From a bacterium (GTDB taxonomy: Bacteria > Zhuqueibacterota > Zhuqueibacteria > Residuimicrobiales > Residuimicrobiaceae), in NCBI GenBank assembly GCA_036788095.1, contig DAIQOA010000001.1:3948-67947 (forward strand): a DNA stretch of 64,000 bases. Direction: 5' to 3'. The notes under the pieces are model-generated. The model did not search any database. It saw only the letters and a list, made by a program, of their open reading frames with translations, and had not been told where the DNA came from. Below, in pieces: positions 38,888 to 48,367 of the stretch (the stretch's first letter is position 1; the number at the start of each line of letters is the position of its first letter). The translations under genes and the position numbers were made by a program.

Positions 38888-38993
38888 AGTCTTTCTCCCT
38901 TGTATACATGGAATGTGAATCGTTTTCCAGTGTACAAACATTTCCTGATAAATGAAACAGTTTTCTTGTTCAGGGCCGAGGTGTCTTTTTTTC

Positions 38994-39022
38994 TTGGATA
39001 TTCGGACGCTTTTTAATATTAT
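38994..39022 (+). promoter_or_regulatory. putative promoter (-35 TTGGAT, 17 nt, -10 TATTAT) of the citDE-citF operon
   Basis: TTGGAT at 38994-38999, a 17-nt spacer, and TATTAT at 39017-39022. This implies a ~150-nt leader to the 39177 start. Confidence 0.35.
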
Positions 39023-39176
39023 ACCGGTGCTGCGGCGGATGGGTTTTAACCCAGCCAGCCGCCACGACCGGTCGCTCTGCCTGCACGCGAACGCCCAGTG
39101 AAACCGTTTTCAGAAACAGGCCGGTTTGAACGATCTTCTCGAAATCCATCCACCATCCATGGAAAAGCATAACGAT

Positions 39177-40352
39177 ATGTCCGAGACCAACGAACGTTAT
39201 TGCGCCGGACGCGATCAAAAGGGCGACGTGTGGATCGAATGGACGCCGGCGCCGTCCCGGGAGATTCATCTGCAGAGTTCGGTAAAGGCTTTGTTCGGCC
39301 CGCACCTGCTGGAGGTGATCGACCGCACGTTGACCGAGCTGGGCCTTGCAGAGGCCCGCGTGGTGGTTCAGGACCAGGGGGCGCTGGATTTTGTCATCGC
39401 CGCGCGGCTGGAGGCCGCGGTGGGCCCGGTGACCGGGAAAAAGCTGGCGCTGAACGCGCGTGCCACTGCCGTCCCGCAGGGAAAACGGCTGCGCCGCACC
39501 AGGCTCTATTTGCCGGGCAATAATCCGGACTTGATGATCAACGCCGGACTCTATGGCGCGGATTGCCTGATCCTGGACCTGGAAGATTCTGTAGCGCCTG
39601 CCGAAAAGGCGGCGGCGCGGGTTCTGGTTCGTCATGCCCTGGCGCAGGTGGATTTCGGCCTTTCGGAAAGGATCGTGCGCGTCAATCCCCTGGCCTCGCC
39701 CTACGGCGGTGAGGATCTGGATGCGATCGTTCCCATGGCGCCGGACGCGCTGCTCATCCCGAAATGTGAGGGCCGCAACGATATTCTCAAGGTGGAGGAG
39801 CGGGTCTCGAGCCTGGAAAAGCGGTTCGAACTGATTCATCCGATCCCTCTCATCGGCCTGATCGAATCGGCGAAAGGGGTCGTCAATGCCGCCGAGATCG
39901 CCCTGGCTGGCGATCGTTTGGTGGCGCTCTGCTTCGGCGCGGAAGATTTCACCGCCGACATCGGTGTGGATCGCACGGCCGACGGCCGGGAAAGTTTTGT
40001 GGCACGCAGTCAGGTGCTGCTGGCCGCCAAAGCGGCCGGACTGCAGGCGCTGGATACGGTCTATGCCAATGTGCTGGATGAAGCCGGCCTGACGGACAGT
40101 GCCCGGGAGGCGGTGGCTCTGGGCTTTGACGGCAAGGGGGTCATTCATCCCAGCCAGATCAGGCCGGTCCATCAGGCTTTTTGTCCGACAGCGGAACAGA
40201 TCGACAAGGCGCAGCGGATCGTCGCCGCCATGCACGAGGCCCTGGAAACCGGATCAGGCGTTACGGCGCTGAACGGCAAGATGATCGATGCGCCTGTACT
40301 GATGCGGGCGGAACGGACCTTGGCCTTGGCCAAAGAGTACGGCCTGCTTTAA
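39177..40352 (+). CDS. citE: fusion protein: citrate-lyase acyl-carrier (CitD-like) N-domain + citrate lyase β / citryl-CoA lyase (CitE, HpcH/HpaI family)
   Basis: The N-terminal ~90 aa align with CitD ('AGRDQKGDVWIEW...SSVKALFG...QDQGALDFVIAARLEAA' vs E. coli 'AGTLESGDVMIRI...SSVEKQFG...DDKGALDCILRARLEAL'). The remainder is clearly CitE ('LYLPGNNPDLM...DLEDSVAPAEK', 'GFDGKGVIHPSQI', 'LNGKMIDAPV'). Start chosen at MSETNERY; the ORF caller's start is 39126. Confidence 0.75.
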   Translation: MSETNERYCAGRDQKGDVWIEWTPAPSREIHLQSSVKALFGPHLLEVIDRTLTELGLAEARVVVQDQGALDFVIAARLEAAVGPVTGKKLALNARATAVPQGKRLRRTRLYLPGNNPDLMINAGLYGADCLILDLEDSVAPAEKAAARVLVRHALAQVDFGLSERIVRVNPLASPYGGEDLDAIVPMAPDALLIPKCEGRNDILKVEERVSSLEKRFELIHPIPLIGLIESAKGVVNAAEIALAGDRLVALCFGAEDFTADIGVDRTADGRESFVARSQVLLAAKAAGLQALDTVYANVLDEAGLTDSAREAVALGFDGKGVIHPSQIRPVHQAFCPTAEQIDKAQRIVAAMHEALETGSGVTALNGKMIDAPVLMRAERTLALAKEYGLL

Positions 40353-40391
40353 CCCATGGGCGGTGTGTCTTTTCTCACGTGAGGACCGGTA

Positions 40392-41942
40392 ATGGATTTT
40401 ATTGCCAATGCGATCGGCCGCCTGGTGCCGACCGAACTGGAGGGACGCCGGCTGAGACCCTTTGCCGGCGCGCATGCCGATCAGGCCGGTGGAACCGGCT
40501 ATGGCGGCCGCATTCGTGCAGCCGCTCAATATACCAACAAGCTGCTCCCTGATCTGGACGCCGCTATCGAGGCGTGCGCTATTCGCGATGGCATGACCAT
40601 CTCTTTTCATCATCACCTGCGCAACGGCGACATGCTCATCAATCTGGTGATGGAAAAGCTGGCGCAGCGCGGCTTGAAGGATCTGGTGCTGGCGCCGTCC
40701 GCGCTGTTCCCCACCCATGAAAAATTGGTGGCGTTGATCGAGTCCGGCGTGATCTCTCATGTTGAAGGATCCATGAACGGCCCCATCGGCCGCGCCTGCT
40801 CGTTGGGCAGAATGAAAAAAGCCGCGGTGCTGCGGTCCCATGGCGGCCGCTTTCGCGCCATTCAAGATGGGGACCTGCATATTGATGTGGCGTTTATCGC
40901 CGCCCCCTGCAGCGACGCGCACGGCAACGCCAATGGGCTGAACGGCCCATCCGCCTGTGGACCGCTGGGCTTTGCCCTGGCTGATTCGTTGTGGGCAGAC
41001 CGGGTCGTGGTGGTCACCGATCATCTGGCGCCGTTTCCCTGCCATCCCTGGACCATCGAGGGCGGCCATGTGGATTACGTAGTGCAGGTGGAGCGCATCG
41101 GCGATCCCGCACAGATCGTCTCCGGCACCACCGAGATCACCCGCAGTCCCACCCGGCTGCTCATCGCAGAATACGCCGCGCGTTTTGTCCGCGATTCAGG
41201 CTTGATGACCGAACCCGGCTTTTCTTTCCAGGCCGGCGCCGGCGGCGTGTCGTTGGCGTTTGTCAAATTTATGGCCGACTATATGGCCGCGGCCGGCGTC
41301 ACCGCTGACTTTGTCCGCGGCGGCAGCACGCGGTTCATGGTCGACTTGCTCAACCGCGGGCTAACGCGTTATCTTTTGGACGGCCAGAGTTTCGACCGGG
41401 ATACGGTCGCATCGCTTCGGGACAATCCGCGGCACGTGGAGACCAACCCGTTCGTCTCCTACAATTATCACAGCAAAGGCTGCTTTGCGCAATGGCTGCA
41501 GGTTTCTGTTCTCGGCGCCACGGAGATCGATTTGGATTTCAATGTCAACGTCAACACCCACTCGGACGGCTGGCTGCTGCACGGCATCGGCGGTTTTACC
41601 GATGCGGCCGACGCCCGTGTGACCATGATCACCGCGCCGCTGGTGCGCAACCGCGTGCCCATCATTCTGGATCGCGTCACCACCGTAACCGCGCCGGGTG
41701 AAATGATCGATGTGATCGTCACCGAGCGCGGCATCGCCATCAATCCACGACGCGAGGATCTGCGGGACCGCCTCAGGCACAGTTCGTTGCCGATCGTGCC
41801 GATAGAAAAACTTGCCGCCATGGCCATCGCCATGACCGGCGTACCGGAAAAACCGCAATTCAGCGACCGGGTGGTGGCGCTCATCGAATTCCGCGACGGC
41901 ACCATCATCGACATAGTCAGGCAGTTGATCCCACGCGAATAA
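40392..41942 (+). CDS. citF: citrate lyase α subunit / citrate CoA-transferase (CitF)
   Basis: 516 aa. 'GMTISFHHHLRNGDMLINLVM' vs E. coli CitF 'GMTVSFHHAFRGGDLTVNMVM'. Colinear similarity through to the C-terminal 'DRVVALIEFRDGTIIDIV'. Confidence 0.85.
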   Translation: MDFIANAIGRLVPTELEGRRLRPFAGAHADQAGGTGYGGRIRAAAQYTNKLLPDLDAAIEACAIRDGMTISFHHHLRNGDMLINLVMEKLAQRGLKDLVLAPSALFPTHEKLVALIESGVISHVEGSMNGPIGRACSLGRMKKAAVLRSHGGRFRAIQDGDLHIDVAFIAAPCSDAHGNANGLNGPSACGPLGFALADSLWADRVVVVTDHLAPFPCHPWTIEGGHVDYVVQVERIGDPAQIVSGTTEITRSPTRLLIAEYAARFVRDSGLMTEPGFSFQAGAGGVSLAFVKFMADYMAAAGVTADFVRGGSTRFMVDLLNRGLTRYLLDGQSFDRDTVASLRDNPRHVETNPFVSYNYHSKGCFAQWLQVSVLGATEIDLDFNVNVNTHSDGWLLHGIGGFTDAADARVTMITAPLVRNRVPIILDRVTTVTAPGEMIDVIVTERGIAINPRREDLRDRLRHSSLPIVPIEKLAAMAIAMTGVPEKPQFSDRVVALIEFRDGTIIDIVRQLIPRE

Positions 41943-42091
41943 ACTCAGGGCGATGCCGCCTTGCCGGTTCCATTACATCAAGTCGGCGAAAGGCGGTACC
42001 ACGCGGCCAAACACGATGGGCCCGCGGAACATACGAACTGCTGCTATGGCGGGCGCGGAGCGGCATAGGCGAAGACGAAAAGGATTTTCAT

Positions 42092-42120
42092 TTGACTTTT
42101 ATGCATTAAAACGGTATATT
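42092..42120 (+). promoter_or_regulatory. putative promoter of secDF (-35 TTGACT, 17 nt, -10 TATATT)
   Basis: TTGACT at 42092-42097, a 17-nt spacer, and TATATT at 42115-42120, ~45 nt upstream of the secD ATG with an AGGAGG RBS. Confidence 0.45.
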
Positions 42121-42167
42121 TATAAGCTTTTTTTGAAATTATCACATTCCCAGGAGGTCTCACTTCG

Positions 42168-44216
42168 ATGCAGCGCAAAATCCTATTTAAAATTGTTCTG
42201 GTCGTATTGCTTGTCGCAGCTGCTCTGTATTCTCTATACCCCACCTTTCAGTTGAGTGGGCTGCAAAAGCAGGAAACACAATTGGTTGGACAAATCAATC
42301 ATGTGTCCGGGTTGTCTGCTGCGGATATTGAAGGCGCAATGGCAAGCGGCGACCTTGAGAATCAGCTCCGTGCCATCGTGAAAAGCGGCGATCAGGATAA
42401 GGCTCTGGCGCTGGCCGATCAATTGATCAAATTGAACGCCCGCATTGCCAAGGTGGAAGGCAAGGCGATTCATCGCGGATTGGATCTGCAGGGCGGCACC
42501 TACATGATCTATGAGGTGGACCTGCGACGGTTCTTGGATGAGTTGGCCAAGAACAAGGATGCCCGGCTGGACGATATTTTAAAAGCCACGCAAAAAGAGT
42601 ATGAAGACGGCGGTGATTTTTTCAGCGCCCTGCAGGCCAATTTTGGAAACCGCGATATCAAACTCAACCGCTATTTCGGCCGTCGCGGTCAATCGGACGA
42701 TGAGATTCTCAAAGAGCTCACGGCCCAGTCTGAAGACGCGGTCAACCGCACGCTGGAAGTGTTGCGCAACCGCGTGGACCAGTTCGGCGTTTCCGAACCC
42801 ACCATTCAGAAAGAGGGCAGCCAGCGCATTATCATCGAGCTGCCGGGCATTCAAAACATTCAACGCGCTAAAAAAGTTATCGGCACCACGGCGTTGCTCG
42901 AGTTCAAGCTGGTTAAAGAGGCGGACGTCGTCGGTTCGGTGCTCAACGATATCGATAAAGTGCTGCGCAGCAAACGTCAGGGGCTGGCGGCCGAGATGAG
43001 CGCGCCCGCGGATACCGCCAAGCCCGCGGATGGAAAAGAAGCCAGCGACAAGCAGGTCAGCCTGAACGAGCTGTTCGGCGACCAGTCGGCGGAACCCAGT
43101 GCGGCGTCCTCGGACACGTCGGTGCTCGTTGATCAAAAGACCTTTGAAGAAAAACCCTTCACTTCGCTGTTGCGCGGCATGGGCGGCCGGTATTCGGATG
43201 CCATCGCGGTTCCGGCGCAGAACGTCCGGGCGGTACAACGCATTCTGCAGATGCCCGAGGTTGTCGGCGTGATCCCCAGCGATGTGCAGTTTTTATTTTC
43301 CAACAAAAGCTATGATTCAGGCGACATGTCCTTTCAGCAGCTCTATCTGGTGAAAAAAGAGGCAGAGCTGCAAGGCTCCATGCTTACCAATGCCGACGTG
43401 CAGATCAGCGGCGGGGACGCCAATCTATCGGCCGGCGGCGCTGAAGTGCATATGACGCTCAACAGCGAGGGCACCAAGCTGTTCGCCAAAACCACGGGCA
43501 TGAACGTCGGCAAGCAGCTGGCGATCGTGTTGGACGGCAAGGTCGGTTCGGCGCCCAACATCAAGGAGAAAATTCCCTCCGGCAGCGCCCGCATCGATGG
43601 CATCGGCAACATGGATGAGGCCAAGGACCTGGCATTGATGTTGCGGGCAGGCGCGCTGCCCGCCCCGGTTCATGTGCTGACCGAAAACACCGTGGGTCCT
43701 TCGCTGGGCCAGGATTCGATCAATTCAGGCGCCCGATCCGCCGTCATCGGACTTTTGCTGGTCATGGTGTTCGTGGTGGTCTACTATAACGCCGTGGGAT
43801 TGATCGCCAACTTTGCGCTGATCCTCAACGGTCTGTTTGTCATGGCGATCATGGCCGGTTTTCATTTCACCCTGACGCTTCCGGGCATCGCCGGCTTTAT
43901 CCTGTCCGTGGCCATGGCGATCGACTCCAACGTTCTCATCAACGAGCGCATTCGTGAGGAGCTGCGCGGCGGCAAGACGATCCGCGCCGCCATCGAGACC
44001 GGCTATGAACGGGCGTTCGTTACCATCCTTGATTCCAACGTCACCACCCTGATCACCGGTCTGGTGCTTTACACCTTTGGGACCAGTTCGGTGCGCGGCT
44101 TTGCGGTCACCTTGTGCATCGGCATTCTGGTGTCCATGTTCACCGCCATTTTCATCACCCGGCTGGTGCTGGATTACTTTACCACCCATTATGCGATTAA
44201 AAAGCTTTCCATTTAA
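42168..44216 (+). CDS. secD: protein translocase subunit SecD
   Basis: N-terminal TM, large periplasmic domain, then the C-terminal 6-TM region 'GLDLQGGTYMIYEV' and '...AIDSNVLINERIREE...' as in SecD. Confidence 0.9.
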   Translation: MQRKILFKIVLVVLLVAAALYSLYPTFQLSGLQKQETQLVGQINHVSGLSAADIEGAMASGDLENQLRAIVKSGDQDKALALADQLIKLNARIAKVEGKAIHRGLDLQGGTYMIYEVDLRRFLDELAKNKDARLDDILKATQKEYEDGGDFFSALQANFGNRDIKLNRYFGRRGQSDDEILKELTAQSEDAVNRTLEVLRNRVDQFGVSEPTIQKEGSQRIIIELPGIQNIQRAKKVIGTTALLEFKLVKEADVVGSVLNDIDKVLRSKRQGLAAEMSAPADTAKPADGKEASDKQVSLNELFGDQSAEPSAASSDTSVLVDQKTFEEKPFTSLLRGMGGRYSDAIAVPAQNVRAVQRILQMPEVVGVIPSDVQFLFSNKSYDSGDMSFQQLYLVKKEAELQGSMLTNADVQISGGDANLSAGGAEVHMTLNSEGTKLFAKTTGMNVGKQLAIVLDGKVGSAPNIKEKIPSGSARIDGIGNMDEAKDLALMLRAGALPAPVHVLTENTVGPSLGQDSINSGARSAVIGLLLVMVFVVVYYNAVGLIANFALILNGLFVMAIMAGFHFTLTLPGIAGFILSVAMAIDSNVLINERIREELRGGKTIRAAIETGYERAFVTILDSNVTTLITGLVLYTFGTSSVRGFAVTLCIGILVSMFTAIFITRLVLDYFTTHYAIKKLSI

Positions 44217-44257
44217 CCCGTGCTTCGGAGCGCTATCTATTCAAGAAGGAATTGACC

Positions 44258-45184
44258 ATGGAATTTTTTCGACAAACCAACTATGATTTCATCGGTATTC
44301 GCAAATACACCTATATCTTTTCGGCCGTCGTCACGGTCATCAGCCTGATCCTGATTTTGTTTGTCGGTTTTCACTACGGCATCGATTTCACCGGCGGCAC
44401 GTCGATGGAGCTCAAGTTCGCCAATCGCATCTCCATCGGCGACATCCGCGGCGCCGTCGGCAACGCCGGTTTCAGCGACACCGAGATCAAGCAGATCGGC
44501 CCCAAAGAGCGGAATGCCTATCTCATCCGCGTCGGCATGATGCAAGAGGGCATTCCGGTGGCGGACGCCATCCAGAGCCATTTCAGCCAGGTGTTCCCGG
44601 ACAATCCCTATGAAGTCCTCAGCGTCACCCAGATCGGGCCCAAGATCGGCGGCGAATTGCGCCGTGCCGGACTCATGTCCATCCTGGTGGCCCTGGTCGG
44701 CATGCTCATCTATATCGGCTGGCGGTTTGACAGCAAGTTCGCCGTCGGCGCCGTCATCGCCACCTTTCACGACGTGATTTTTGTCATGGGCCTCTTTGTC
44801 GTGCTGGGCCTGGAAATGACGTTGACGGTGTTGGCCGCCATTCTCACCATTGTCGGCTACTCGATCAACGACACCATTGTGGTGTATGATCGCATTCGCG
44901 AAAACCTCAAGATCCATCGTCGCGACAACCTGGCCACCATCATGAACCTGAGCATGAACCAGACGCTCAGCCGTACGCTGCTGACCGGCGTGTCCACCCT
45001 GGTTGTTTTGATCATCCTCTTTTTCATGGGCGGCGAGGTGATTCACGATTTTTCCCTCGTGTTGTTCATGGGCACGGTCATCGGCACCTATTCCTCCATC
45101 TGGGTCGCCTCCGCGCTGGTGCTGGATTGGAACACCCGGCTGGAAGCGAAAAAGCATAAAAAGCCGGCTACGCGCACGGCGTAA
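44258..45184 (+). CDS. secF: protein translocase subunit SecF
   Basis: Start MEFFRQ. 'GIDFTGGTSMELKF' and 'SINDTIVVYDRIREN' are SecF hallmarks. Confidence 0.9.
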   Translation: MEFFRQTNYDFIGIRKYTYIFSAVVTVISLILILFVGFHYGIDFTGGTSMELKFANRISIGDIRGAVGNAGFSDTEIKQIGPKERNAYLIRVGMMQEGIPVADAIQSHFSQVFPDNPYEVLSVTQIGPKIGGELRRAGLMSILVALVGMLIYIGWRFDSKFAVGAVIATFHDVIFVMGLFVVLGLEMTLTVLAAILTIVGYSINDTIVVYDRIRENLKIHRRDNLATIMNLSMNQTLSRTLLTGVSTLVVLIILFFMGGEVIHDFSLVLFMGTVIGTYSSIWVASALVLDWNTRLEAKKHKKPATRTA

Positions 45185-45201
45185 CGATCAGGGATCGTAT
45201 T

Positions 45202-45537
45202 ATGAAAATCGAACAACACCCGCTGGGCGACGTGGTGGTGCTCAGCCTCAGCGATAATATCATCGGCGCCTCCGACTCGGCGATGCTGAACGACAAAATA
45301 CACGAGCTGGCCGACGCCGGCAGCAAAAAAGTGGTTTTGGATTTCAGCCGGGTGCAATGGCTCAACAGCTCGGGCATCGGCACGGTCATCAGCGCCATGA
45401 CGACGCTGCGCAACGCCGGCGGTCATCTCAAAATGGCGGCGGTGCCGGATAAAATCATGACGATTTTAACCGTGACCAAACTGACGACGGTATTGGAAAT
45501 CTACCCCACGGTCCAGGCGGCTGTAGAGAGTTTTTAA
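45202..45537 (+). CDS. STAS-domain protein (anti-sigma-factor antagonist, SpoIIAA-like)
   Basis: 111 aa. 'VVLDFSRVQWLNSSGIGTVI' contains the conserved phosphorylatable Ser of SpoIIAA-type antagonists. Confidence 0.7.
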   Translation: MKIEQHPLGDVVVLSLSDNIIGASDSAMLNDKIHELADAGSKKVVLDFSRVQWLNSSGIGTVISAMTTLRNAGGHLKMAAVPDKIMTILTVTKLTTVLEIYPTVQAAVESF

Positions 45538-45570
45538 AGACTTGACACGCTCCGTCGATTTCATCACGCA

Positions 45571-45603
45571 AGACTCCGAACCTTCGCGGAACGGAGTCTT
45601 TTA
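45571..45603 (+). terminator. rho-independent terminator after the STAS gene
   Basis: AGACTCCG aaccttcgcggaa CGGAGTCT followed by TTTT. Confidence 0.5.
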
Positions 45604-45619
45604 CATTTAAGGGAAGATT

Positions 45620-46894
45620 ATGGCTGTTACGATTATCGTCGGCGCCCAATGGGGCGATGAAGGCAAAGGCAAAATCGTTGATCTGCTCAGCGCAGAAGTC
45701 GATGTCGTAGCCCGGTATCAGGGCGGACCCAACGCCGGCCATACGGTGGTGGTGGAGGAGGAAGAGATCGTTCTGCACCAAGTGCCCTCCGGCATCCTTC
45801 ATCCGCACACCCAGTGCATGATCGGCAACGGCGTGGTCATCGATCCGGTGGTGTTGATGGATGAAATCGGCTTTCTGGAGAAAAAAGGCATCACGGTACA
45901 GGGCAGGCTGTTCATCAGCCAGCGCGCCCATCTGATCATGCCCTATCACAAGCTGCTGGACGCCACGCGCGAGCGCCACTATGGATCGCGCAAAATCGGC
46001 ACCACCGGCCGCGGCATCGGGCCGGCGTATGTGGACAAATACGACCGCTGCGGCATACGGATCGTGGATTTGCTGGACCGGACCACCCTGAAGGAAAAGT
46101 TGCTCACTATCATCGAGAGCAAGAACAAGGTGCTGCAGCGCATCTATGACAGCGAGGCTATGGACGCGGAAAAAATCGCCAACGATTATGTCGAGTTCGA
46201 CCGCCGTATCGATTCGTATGTCAAGGATGTGTCGGTGCTCATCAACCGCGCCGTGGATGCCGGCAAGCGGGTGTTGATCGAGGGCGCCCAGGGCACCATG
46301 CTCGACATCGATTTCGGCACCTATCCCTATGTCACCTCCTCTAATCCCATCGCCGGCGGCGCCTGCACCGGGCTCGGAGTCGGTCCGACCAAGATCAACC
46401 GCGTGCTCGGCATCGCCAAAGCCTACACCACCCGCGTGGGCATGGGACCGTTTCCGACCGAGTTCGACGCGGCGTTCAGCGAACACATCCGCAAACTGGG
46501 CGGCGAATACGGCGCCACCACCGGCCGCCCCCGCCGCTGCGGCTGGCTCGATATGGTGGTGCTGCGCATGGCGGTCATGGTCAACGGTCTCACCGATCTG
46601 GCCATCACCAAACTGGATGTGCTGGATTCTCTGGATGAAATAAAAATCTGCACCGGCTACCGGACCGGCGGCCGGGAGCTGGAACATTATCCGGCGGAGC
46701 TGGATCTGCAGGAACAGGTGCAGCCGGTCTACGAAACCCATCCGGGGTGGAACCGCTCGACGCAGAACGCGCGCACCTTTGCCGAGCTGCCGGCCAATGC
46801 GCAAAGCTATCTCAAACGCATCGAAGAGCTGGCCGGCGTGCCGCTGTCCATCATCTCCGTCGGCTCCAGACGGAATCAGACGATCATCTTGTAG
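45620..46894 (+). CDS. purA: adenylosuccinate synthetase
   Basis: 'GAQWGDEGKGKIVD' P-loop, 'GTTGRGIGP', 'TTGRPRRCGW' are all PurA signatures. 424 aa. Confidence 0.95.
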   Translation: MAVTIIVGAQWGDEGKGKIVDLLSAEVDVVARYQGGPNAGHTVVVEEEEIVLHQVPSGILHPHTQCMIGNGVVIDPVVLMDEIGFLEKKGITVQGRLFISQRAHLIMPYHKLLDATRERHYGSRKIGTTGRGIGPAYVDKYDRCGIRIVDLLDRTTLKEKLLTIIESKNKVLQRIYDSEAMDAEKIANDYVEFDRRIDSYVKDVSVLINRAVDAGKRVLIEGAQGTMLDIDFGTYPYVTSSNPIAGGACTGLGVGPTKINRVLGIAKAYTTRVGMGPFPTEFDAAFSEHIRKLGGEYGATTGRPRRCGWLDMVVLRMAVMVNGLTDLAITKLDVLDSLDEIKICTGYRTGGRELEHYPAELDLQEQVQPVYETHPGWNRSTQNARTFAELPANAQSYLKRIEELAGVPLSIISVGSRRNQTIIL

Positions 46895-46938
46895 CGCCGT
46901 CCAAATGAGGCGCTGCCCCATCCATCAGCGAGGACATT

Positions 46939-47811
46939 ATGAACCATCGCTTCTTTGGACGGGCGGGGGTGCTGTGGTGGCTGTTTACGGCGGCAGGCGT
47001 GTTCGCGCAAACGCCTCCCGCGGATCGATTGATCATCAACGAGGTGTTCTACAACACCGATAAAAAAAGCCAGGAGTGGGTCGAACTGGTTAATCCCCAC
47101 ACGCAGGCCATTGACCTGGCTCACTGGGCGCTCCGCGATAGCCGCAAAAAACAAGAACTCTCCTCTTCTTCCTGTATCATCCCGGGAAAATCTTTTATCC
47201 TCGTCAGTAACTCGAGTCTGGCGGATTCGTTGCAGAGCCGCACCCTCCTCGTCGCCGGTTTGCCCGAATGGAACAACAGCGGCGATGAGATGGTCCTCTA
47301 TGACGCGAACGGTGCGGTGAGCGACAGCCTGGTCTACAGCGCGGAGTGGGGCGGCGGCCGTTTTATCTCGTTGGAGCGCTTGGCCTGGGACAACGACAGC
47401 TGTGATCCGAACAACTGGGCTTCCTGTATCGATCCGGCCGGCCACACCGCCGGCCGCGGCAACAGCGTCCATGCGCCGGAACGCCATAGTGCAGTGTCGT
47501 TGTCGGTTTCGCCGTCGCCCTTTTCACCTGACCGGGACGGCATAGACGACCAAACGGAGATCGGCTATACTCTGCCCATGGCGCGGGCGGTGGTGCACAT
47601 CAAGATTTTCGACACGGTCGGCCGCCAGGTGCGCTATCTGCGCTGCAACGGATCGTCCAGCCCACAGGGCGCCGTGGTCTGGGACGGCGCCGATGAACAG
47701 GGGCGGCGATGCCCGATAGGGGTCTATATCGTTTATCTGCAAGCCATCGATGAATCCGCGGGAAGGGTGGAACAGGCGAAAGCGGTGTGCGTGCTGGCGG
47801 AAAGATTCTGA
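46939..47811 (+). CDS. secreted lamin-tail-domain (LTD) protein with C-terminal FlgD-Ig-like β-sandwich
   Basis: Signal peptide 'VLWWLFTAAGVFAQ'. LTD core 'LIINEVFYNTDKKSQEWVELVNPHTQAIDLAHWAL'. C-terminal 'SLSVSPSPFSPDRDGIDDQTEIGYTL...VVWDGADEQGRRCPIGVYIVYLQAID'. Confidence 0.65.
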   Translation: MNHRFFGRAGVLWWLFTAAGVFAQTPPADRLIINEVFYNTDKKSQEWVELVNPHTQAIDLAHWALRDSRKKQELSSSSCIIPGKSFILVSNSSLADSLQSRTLLVAGLPEWNNSGDEMVLYDANGAVSDSLVYSAEWGGGRFISLERLAWDNDSCDPNNWASCIDPAGHTAGRGNSVHAPERHSAVSLSVSPSPFSPDRDGIDDQTEIGYTLPMARAVVHIKIFDTVGRQVRYLRCNGSSSPQGAVVWDGADEQGRRCPIGVYIVYLQAIDESAGRVEQAKAVCVLAERF

Positions 47812-48367
47812 GAAGGTTTTCAAACAGGCTGTGGAGCTTGGCAACGAGAACATTCTGCGGTTGGTCGATATGCCGCACCCCGTCGCAGGGGATTGCAGCA
47901 CTCCATTCGAGACTGTACCGATTCACGGGTGACTCTGCTCCGTTCGCAATGACAGGGGGGGTGAGGTACTGCACCCCGAATTGTAATAAAAACGCGGCAA
48001 CCTTCAGGGGTCAAAGGGTTTTCACTCAGCCTCTAAAGCTCGTGGCCATTATGCTTTTTTCCGTTACCTGGATTTCATTTTAAATCCCGCCTTTGGCCGT
48101 CCTTGCTCAAATCCACATACCGCGCATTTTCTTCTGACAATCCTTTTGAAAATTGCACTTGGTTTTCATATCCTGATTAGCTAATTTCATCGAGGTGGGA
48201 GCGGAAAGAGAGTCCGGTATGGCCCAAAGGCTCGATCTGTGTTTTTGGGGTGTTCCACCGCCCGTCATCGTTTTGATTCATCGCTTCCCACAGCGCCAAG
48301 AGAAAGAATTCCTGTCAAATAATCCAGGCTTGGGACTACCACGCCACATCATGCGGATACGTGTCCT

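Noticed and set aside
48190-48250. RNase P RNA-like 'GGAAAG…AGUCCGG' segment in the long intergenic region
   Set aside because: Only a loose resemblance to CR-I (GGAAAGUCCGGGCU). The other universally conserved RNase P regions (e.g. ACAGAAACCGGCUUA, AGGGCAGG) are absent.
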